A model generated the notes under the pieces. It saw only the letters and a list, made by a program, of their open reading frames with translations. It was not told the DNA's origin and made no database searches. 10,792 nt of DNA from the NCBI GenBank assembly GCA_046542505.1, contig JBKHBH010000076.1, forward strand, positions 1 through 10,792. Reading direction: 5' to 3'. The translations under genes and the position numbers were made by a program. The DNA is from Thermovirgaceae bacterium (GTDB taxonomy: Bacteria; Synergistota; Synergistia; Synergistales; Thermovirgaceae). Position 1 is the first letter of the stretch. Each line of letters starts with the position of its first letter. Below are positions 5,619 to 10,792 of the stretch, piece after piece.

Positions 5619-6592
5619 CGAATCACTCCGGCCAGAAAACGGTCTGTCTCTTCAGGCCGTGCGGGCAGCGCCAGGCCTTCCTTGCCCGAACGGATCCTTA
5701 TCTGGGGAAAGCGTTCACCCAAAAACCGGGCCAATCCTTCTATGAGAAGGCGTCCCGTCCATTCCCTCGGCAAAAAAGGCGTCTCGTTCCACTGCTCCAG
5801 GGAAATCCTTTCGTAGGGAGACACAACGATACATCCGACGCCAAGCCCGGCTGCACGCAGGGCAATGTGAAAGGCTTCGGGCTGTTCGCCCGAAAGGCGG
5901 ACTTCGAGTTTCCAGGCCTTTTGGAGCCATTCGCTCCCCCTCGTGCGGGCAAGGTCCTTGTATTCCCAGGGTACAAGGGGTTTTGGCTTCCTGAGGGACT
6001 CCACAAGGTCAGGCAGACGCTTGAAACCTGCGTCGGTCCACCGGAGCCACTCTTTCTCATGCCGCTCCACAAGGACGGCCCGCATCCCGGCCCTTCTCGC
6101 ACCGTAAAGGTCATACAGAAAATCCCCCACGACGACGCACTGATCCTCCGGGACGCCTATGGCTTCCGCGGCGGCCCAGAGCGCCTCAGGGTCCGGTTTG
6201 AGCGGGCCTTCATCACGGGAAAAAACGTGTTCCGGCAATCTGATGTCACACTTGCGGGCCGCTTTCCTGATGGAGTCCATGCAATTCCTGGAAACCACGG
6301 CCCGGGGGATCTGCTCGCTATCCAGCCACTCCAGGAGCTCATGAGCACCCTCGACTGGAATCGCCCGCGAAGCGCCTTCCATTTCCAGATCATAAAGATC
6401 CTTTTCCAGGTTTTCTCTCTGCTCGGGCGTCAGCAGGTGGTCCGATTCTATGAGGGGAACACGGCGGCCACCGAAATACCTGTCGCGAATGCCCTGGAAA
6501 TCGAGTCTCGTATCGGCAAGCACACCATCCCAGTCGAGGATGAACCCTTTGGAACAAACCGGGTGCCAGAAGGGAGGAAGAATCTCCGGCAT
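5615..6592 (-). CDS. HAD-superfamily hydrolase (subfamily IA) with a C-terminal extension of about 120 aa
   Basis: Motif I DWDGVLADT, motif II VVSRN, motif III KPDP and motif IV VGDFLYD. SD GGAGGTG. A 4-bp overlap (ATGA) with rarA implies translational coupling. Confidence 0.9.
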   Translation of the reverse strand: MPEILPPFWHPVCSKGFILDWDGVLADTRLDFQGIRDRYFGGRRVPLIESDHLLTPEQRENLEKDLYDLEMEGASRAIPVEGAHELLEWLDSEQIPRAVVSRNCMDSIRKAARKCDIRLPEHVFSRDEGPLKPDPEALWAAAEAIGVPEDQCVVVGDFLYDLYGARRAGMRAVLVERHEKEWLRWTDAGFKRLPDLVESLRKPKPLVPWEYKDLARTRGSEWLQKAWKLEVRLSGEQPEAFHIALRAAGLGVGCIVVSPYERISLEQWNETPFLPREWTGRLLIEGLARFLGERFPQIRIRSGKEGLALPARPEETDRFLAGVIR

Positions 6593-6626
6593 GCAGCACC
6601 TCCATCGCTGTCAAGTAGTCATGTAG

Positions 6627-6669
6627 AAAAAGAGGGTATGAAAGCCACAAGGGCTTCATACCCTTTTTT
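6627..6669 (-). terminator. Rho-independent terminator of 6S RNA (possibly bidirectional)
   Basis: AGGGTATGAA-A-GCC / GGC-TTCATACCCT stem, flanked by an A-run on the left and a T-run on the right. Confidence 0.8.
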
Positions 6670-6853
6670 GAAAGGTTCCCCGCAACTGCCGTGACACGAA
6701 GGCCTTGACCCGATCCTAATATGTGGAAGTCTACCGAATCTGAGCTTGGTCGGCTTGTGGCCTCCTCTGCCGATCCGGAAATCGACCTCCCTTGGTCGAG
6801 TGTTGGCTCAAGGCTCTTCACCATGTTCACGAACAGCGCAGGGCCTGAATTTC
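6670..6853 (-). ncRNA. ssrS: 6S RNA
   Basis: The minus strand folds into a rod of about 184 nt. Closing stem CCCUGCG-CUG-UCGUGA / UCACGG-CAG-UGCGGGG, then GAAG-GCCUUGA-CC / GGUCAAGGCCUUC. Central bubble AACACUCGACCAA opposite ACAUAUUAGGAUC, then GGAGGUC/GACUUCC, CCGGAUC/GAUUCGG and an apical stem. It has its own promoter and terminator and lies upstream of rarA, a neighbourhood known for ssrS in Firmicutes-like genomes. Ends are approximate. Confidence 0.85.
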
Positions 6854-6872
6854 CCGATCCAACTTCCTTTAA

Positions 6873-6881
6873 ATTATAGCA
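6873..6881 (-). promoter_or_regulatory. Extended -10 promoter of 6S RNA (TGCTATAAT)
   Basis: Plus-strand ATTATAGCA at 6873-6881. Predicted start about 6866-6867. Confidence 0.7.
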
Positions 6882-6913
6882 TATCACCACGTCGCCTGTA
6901 TCTTTTTCAGCGG

Positions 6914-6919
6914 TATAAT
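6914..6919 (+). promoter_or_regulatory. -10 element (TATAAT) for the aminotransferase gene
   Basis: Perfect TATAAT 33 nt before ATG 6953. The -35 is weak. Confidence 0.5.
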
Positions 6920-6952
6920 GGCCCATATCCCAACAAAAAAGGGGGGGGCTCC

Positions 6953-8059
6953 ATGTGGAGAGGACGCCTGCCGAGACACATTCTCGACGTAGCCGAGCGA
7001 AGTTATGTCGCCAGAGCTGAAAGCGGAGTTCACAAGGACACAGTCGAGGGGCTCATCGATTGCGGCTTGGGAACAAACCCCCTCGGTTTCCCGCCTGCCC
7101 TGCGGGAAGTGCTCCGAAAAACAGCGGACTGCGGTTTCTGCGACTATCCGGCTCCCGTCGCCGTGGATCTCCAGAAAGCCATTATCGAGTTTCTGGGAAT
7201 TCCAGGTATCGAAGAGCGGGCCGTTTTGCCAGGGCATGGCTCCATCGACATCCTGGTCACCCTGATACGGCTGCTGCTCCCTCCAGGTTCCCTTCTCTCG
7301 GGAGTGTCGCCGCAGTTCACCGATACGCCGATACAGGCCATGATGAACAGCGTCCGGTACCACCCGGTAGTGTTGAAGGCCCCTTCTTTCACCGCAGGTC
7401 GGGAAGAATGGATGAGGGCTGCACGGCTGCGGCCCCACGTGCTTTATATCGATCGACCCCATAACCCGACTGGGCAATTTCTCTCCCTGGATGACCTGAA
7501 AGATATCGTTGCCGAATGCGCGAACCGGGCATGCTGGGTCATCGTGGATGAAGCTTACGGCGACTACCTGCCCATAGAAGAATCGGCTTTGACCATTGAC
7601 TCTCCCAACTGCATCGTCACACGGGGATTCGCCAAGGCCTGGGGACTCGCGGGGCTCCGCGTCGGCTACGGAGTCATCAGGGACCCGGAACTCGTGGAAA
7701 TCTTTTACCGGCTCCAGCCGCCTTTTTCGGTCAACACCATCGCGGAAGCCTGCGCTGTTGAAGCGCTCAAAAACAGGGATTTTCTGGAACGAACGAAACA
7801 ATACGTCAGGGAAAGCAAAAAAGCCATCATTGAGGTTCTTGGCAAAAAAGAGGACCTGAATGTGGCCGAAACCCATCCAGACACGCCCATCATGCTTTTG
7901 ACGCAGCGAAAGGGAAATCTGCAGGAACGTCTTGCAGCAACCGGGATCTCAAGCGAACCCGGGAAAGGCTATCTCGACCTGGATGAAACATCCGTCAGGC
8001 TTCGGGTCCCGCCCGAAAAGGAACTCACAGAGGTCTTGAGACGGCTGCGGTCCCTGTAA
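6953..8059 (+). CDS. PLP-dependent class I/II aminotransferase, HisC/CobD-like
   Basis: PHNPTG, VDEAY and TRGFAKAWGLAGLRVGY (PLP lysine). Start reassigned to ATG 6953 after AAAAAAGGGGGGGG; 368 aa. Substrate cannot be determined from sequence alone. Confidence 0.88.
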   Translation: MWRGRLPRHILDVAERSYVARAESGVHKDTVEGLIDCGLGTNPLGFPPALREVLRKTADCGFCDYPAPVAVDLQKAIIEFLGIPGIEERAVLPGHGSIDILVTLIRLLLPPGSLLSGVSPQFTDTPIQAMMNSVRYHPVVLKAPSFTAGREEWMRAARLRPHVLYIDRPHNPTGQFLSLDDLKDIVAECANRACWVIVDEAYGDYLPIEESALTIDSPNCIVTRGFAKAWGLAGLRVGYGVIRDPELVEIFYRLQPPFSVNTIAEACAVEALKNRDFLERTKQYVRESKKAIIEVLGKKEDLNVAETHPDTPIMLLTQRKGNLQERLAATGISSEPGKGYLDLDETSVRLRVPPEKELTEVLRRLRSL

Positions 8060-8081
8060 CTCTTCCTGAAAATCCCCGGGA

Positions 8082-9425
8082 TCAAAGCTCCATGCGGGAA
8101 GGGAAATCCCGGGGTTCAAAGGCATCATCACTGAAAAGGGCTATTTCCGACTCCACCTCAAGGGGTACGTCCGAAACGGGAGAAAGACTTTTCAGGCGTT
8201 TTGCAAGTCTCTCGGCGACCACTTGCGCTCCGCCGGCAGGCGTGTGCGGCATGAGGAGGAGAACGGAATCTTCAAGCCGGCCGGCGATGTCAACGTTCCG
8301 GATACTTCCCAGAACCTGTCTGGCGACGACACGGAGTGTTTCATCCCTCATTTCGGGGCCGCCCTTTTCCGTCAATTGCTTCATGTTTCTTATCCTGAAG
8401 ATCAGGAAGGCAAGAGGGTATCCGTACCTCCCGGCACGCTCGGTTTCTGTGGAAATGATGTTTTTCAGCCTGGCCGAAGCGTACAGGCCGGTAACGGGAT
8501 CTTTTGGATACAGGCTCGCTATCCCCTCGACAGCCCTGTTTCGTTCGAAGAGCGACATCAGGATCGGCCAGAAGGTTGTGAGCACTTCCCCGTTGATGCG
8601 CGCAAAGCCGCCGCTTCGTCTCGAAAGGCCCAAAAGCACCACCGGGGTGCCTCCTGCGAGGAGAACACCTGCGGAAAGGGAGCCCACGCCTGCTTCTTCC
8701 ATCATGCTTTCCCAACTTCCGGCATTTTCCTTCCAGGGAATCGACCAACGTTTGCCCTCCGCTACCTGAAGTCCTGCAAAGGCATAGGGAACCGGTCCTT
8801 CGGGCATCTGGGCAAGTTCCTGTGCAAAAGTCAGGAAGGACCTGAGCGTTCTGGAACCCCCATCGACGTTCGCCTCGTCCACGGAAAGCATCCAGCGTTG
8901 CTGTGCCTCATCCCAGAGGAACACCCCGATCCAGTCGATCCCCATTCGCGAAACCATTTCCTTGAGAATCTGACTGATGAGGTCCCTTGATTCGTACAGG
9001 TCCATCATCTGGAGCACGCTATCACGGACCTCCAAAAGACGCCGGTTCATGGTTCCTTCCGAACGGTCCTCCAGGACGGCCAGGAATCGGCCCTTTTCAT
9101 CCCGGCGGCAGAAACACGAAATATGCATGTCCCCGGGAACAGGTTCCCAGTTGCAGTGCTTCCAGTCTCCGGTCAGGTTCAAACTCTCCCGGAAGGGTTC
9201 TAGATCCACCGGATGTTCTTTCCCCTCGAAAAGATCCTCGAGGACAGCGGGATATGCTGCGGGGGAAATCCCGAAAAGGCGGTAAAAGTGGTCGTTGGCC
9301 TCTTCAACAGAGATATTGCCGCCAGTTACGCGGCCTGCAAGCATGGGAAGATCCAGGAGGACCGGCAATGCCTCCAGCCACCCTTGCAAACCCTGAACTT
9401 CAAGCCACCGGGTAATATCAGGCAT
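8082..9425 (-). CDS. Sensory protein (PAS-like and GAF-like regions) with a degenerate GGDEF domain
   Basis: The C-terminus has DPVTGLY, E.ERAGRYGYPL, RNVDIAGRL and LLLMPHT...A..VAERL, typical of the GGDEF fold. EANDHFYRLFG suggests PAS. DWIGVFLWDE suggests GAF. Start reassigned to ATG 9425 (SD GAGGTG at 9440-9435); 447 aa. Confidence 0.8.
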   Translation of the reverse strand: MPDITRWLEVQGLQGWLEALPVLLDLPMLAGRVTGGNISVEEANDHFYRLFGISPAAYPAVLEDLFEGKEHPVDLEPFRESLNLTGDWKHCNWEPVPGDMHISCFCRRDEKGRFLAVLEDRSEGTMNRRLLEVRDSVLQMMDLYESRDLISQILKEMVSRMGIDWIGVFLWDEAQQRWMLSVDEANVDGGSRTLRSFLTFAQELAQMPEGPVPYAFAGLQVAEGKRWSIPWKENAGSWESMMEEAGVGSLSAGVLLAGGTPVVLLGLSRRSGGFARINGEVLTTFWPILMSLFERNRAVEGIASLYPKDPVTGLYASARLKNIISTETERAGRYGYPLAFLIFRIRNMKQLTEKGGPEMRDETLRVVARQVLGSIRNVDIAGRLEDSVLLLMPHTPAGGAQVVAERLAKRLKSLSPVSDVPLEVESEIALFSDDAFEPRDFPSRMEL

Positions 9426-9539
9426 GGTGGACTTCACCTCTTTTTTTGATCTCTTGCGCATCGCAGGTGTGATAAACTTGATTCCGGCGCCAAGGCATCC
9501 TCACTGTGCCTTCTGTATTCAGTATAAGGAGTGATCCTC

Positions 9540-10244
9540 ATGGGTACAAGCAAGGTTTTTTGCAAAAACATGGCAATTGTAGCGGTTTCAGCCACACTGA
9601 TGCTTGCCTGCACCGTTGCGGCGCTCGCGGCTACACCCCAGGAACGCATAGACAAATCCGTTTCGGTCCTTCGTGAAATGGCCGGCGAAAAAGATTCCTG
9701 GCGCATGGGGAAGCTGCTTTCCGAATCCAGAGGCGTCGCGATCTTCCCTTCTGTAGTCAAGGCGGGCTTGGTTATCGGCGGACAGCACGGAGAGGGCTTT
9801 CTCCTTCTTCGCAATCCGTCAACGGGCCAATGGTCGGGTCCAAGTTTCGCATCCATTACCGGAGCTTCCTGGGGTCTCCAGATAGGCGTCCAGTCCATCG
9901 GGCTCGTCATGGTGATCGCCAACGATGATGGGGTAAAAGGATTCATGGCCGACCAGGTGAAACTCAGCGGGGACCTTTCCGTCGCCGCGGGACCCGTCGG
10001 ACGCCACACCGAGGCCGGAACGGACACGCGATTCAAGGCTTCCATCTACAGCTACACCATAGCCAAAGGCCTTTTTGCCGGAATGAGTCTCGAGGGCGCC
10101 GTGGTCCGGGTCGACCGCAATGCCAACAACGCCTACTGGGGCGAACAGGTGACCGCTCCCGAGGCCCTGAAACGAAGCGCCTCCGACAGCCGGATTCGCC
10201 CGGTCCTCCATGAGCTCGAAGGCATCATCGCAAAGACGGAATAA
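9540..10244 (+). CDS. Secreted Ysc84/SYLF (DUF500) lipid-binding domain protein
   Basis: Signal peptide ending ALA|ATPQ. Motifs AIFPSVVKAGLVIGG..GEG, WSGP, GASWGLQIG, AAGPVGR, IYSY..AKGLFAGMSLEG and NAYWG. ATG 9540 with AAGGAG at 9526-9531. Confidence 0.92.
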   Translation: MGTSKVFCKNMAIVAVSATLMLACTVAALAATPQERIDKSVSVLREMAGEKDSWRMGKLLSESRGVAIFPSVVKAGLVIGGQHGEGFLLLRNPSTGQWSGPSFASITGASWGLQIGVQSIGLVMVIANDDGVKGFMADQVKLSGDLSVAAGPVGRHTEAGTDTRFKASIYSYTIAKGLFAGMSLEGAVVRVDRNANNAYWGEQVTAPEALKRSASDSRIRPVLHELEGIIAKTE

Positions 10245-10257
10245 ATTTTTGCGAAAA

Positions 10258-10792
10258 ATGACGTTCCTTCGCCCTCAACACGCTGCACAGGGACATTTCG
10301 GCGACAAAAAGGTGCCGGTCTATGTTTCAAGGCCACAGGCCTCAGCAATTCGTCCGCCTGTGGTTGTTCTTTTGCACGGTGTTCACGGGTGCGCCAATGT
10401 GTCCTTTGAGAACAAATACGGCCGCCTCGCCCGTATGCTCAATGCCAGGCGTGCGATATCAGCGGTGGTTGAAACCAGCCGCCTCCGACGTGACAGGGAA
10501 ACTTTCGGGGAGGATCGAAAAAGCTGGGCGTGGGCTGCATTCAGAGGCAAAACCTTCGCCGCGGACCACGCCGATGTCCTTGAAGGATTGTCTGTCGTGC
10601 ACTCCCTTTTTCCCGAAAACGATCTCTGGATATGGGGGTTCTCCCTTGGAGGCATCCACGCTTTGACAATTGCGGGAGGCTCTTCGGAGACCATCCTGAG
10701 CGGCGAAAACCAAAAACCTCCCCTCCTGCCCGGGTTCCGTTTCAGCGGCATCATCACCAGCGGAAGCGGGGGCAGGATCCGCCCCGAGGGAA
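10258..10792 (+). CDS. Alpha/beta-fold serine hydrolase, partial (runs off the right edge)
   Basis: Frame +1 is open from ATG 10258 to the edge: MTFLRPQH...PVVVLLHGVHGCAN...YGRLARML...DLWIWGFSLGGIHAL...GIITSGSG. It has the HG oxyanion motif and the GxSxG nucleophile elbow (10636-10650). Missing from the ORF track because there is no stop codon in the window. The start could instead be TTG 10249. Confidence 0.88.
   Translation, partial: MTFLRPQHAAQGHFGDKKVPVYVSRPQASAIRPPVVVLLHGVHGCANVSFENKYGRLARMLNARRAISAVVETSRLRRDRETFGEDRKSWAWAAFRGKTFAADHADVLEGLSVVHSLFPENDLWIWGFSLGGIHALTIAGGSSETILSGENQKPPLLPGFRFSGIITSGSGGRIRPEG

Noticed and set aside
6390..6952. ORF 6390-6926 (minus) and the N-terminal extension of ORF 6746-8059
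   Set aside because: Both run across the 6S RNA and its promoter. The aminotransferase start with an SD is at 6953.
4827..8990. Long antisense ORFs (4827-5573, 5570-6694, 6884-7876, 8092-8769, 8223-8990)
   Set aside because: They lie opposite well-supported genes in GC-rich DNA and have no recognisable motifs.
10322..10757. ORFs 10322-10666 (+), 10383-10757 (-) and 10459-10713 (-)
   Set aside because: They are alternative or antisense frames of the alpha/beta hydrolase in frame +1.
1..10792. CRISPR array or intact defence system
   Set aside because: I saw no regularly spaced repeats and no cas, restriction-modification, toxin-antitoxin or retron-like genes in the window.

Overview
This window is mostly core-genome DNA from an anaerobic bacterium. 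The gene set suggests Synergistota, but that is an inference. The left edge is the boundary of a decayed integrative element. tRNA-Leu(CAA) (469-555, minus strand) is followed by a terminator, two hairpins and the N-terminus of a tyrosine integrase (ATG at 298, minus strand). The integrase is broken after about 67 codons by a 36-bp segment with inverted-repeat ends and an IS3-family transposase fragment. To the right lies an unannotated 33-aa Cys/Lys/Glu micro-protein gene with a strong promoter and RBS. It is followed by a PaaI thioesterase, a DUF2703-like protein with a Cys-rich tail, a PduO-type cob(I)alamin adenosyltransferase, a GntR/FCD regulator and a YdcF/DUF218 protein. A minus-strand unit carries 6S RNA, a HAD hydrolase with an apparent degenerate ThiF/E1-like C-terminal domain, and rarA. 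The rest comprises a HisC/CobD-like PLP enzyme, a sensory protein with a catalytically dead GGDEF domain that keeps its RxxD I-site, a secreted Ysc84/SYLF protein, and an alpha/beta hydrolase running off the right edge. The integrase fragment, IS3 fragment, micro-protein, tRNA, 6S RNA and hydrolase are absent from the supplied ORF track. All calls come from reading the sequence by eye; no searches were run.
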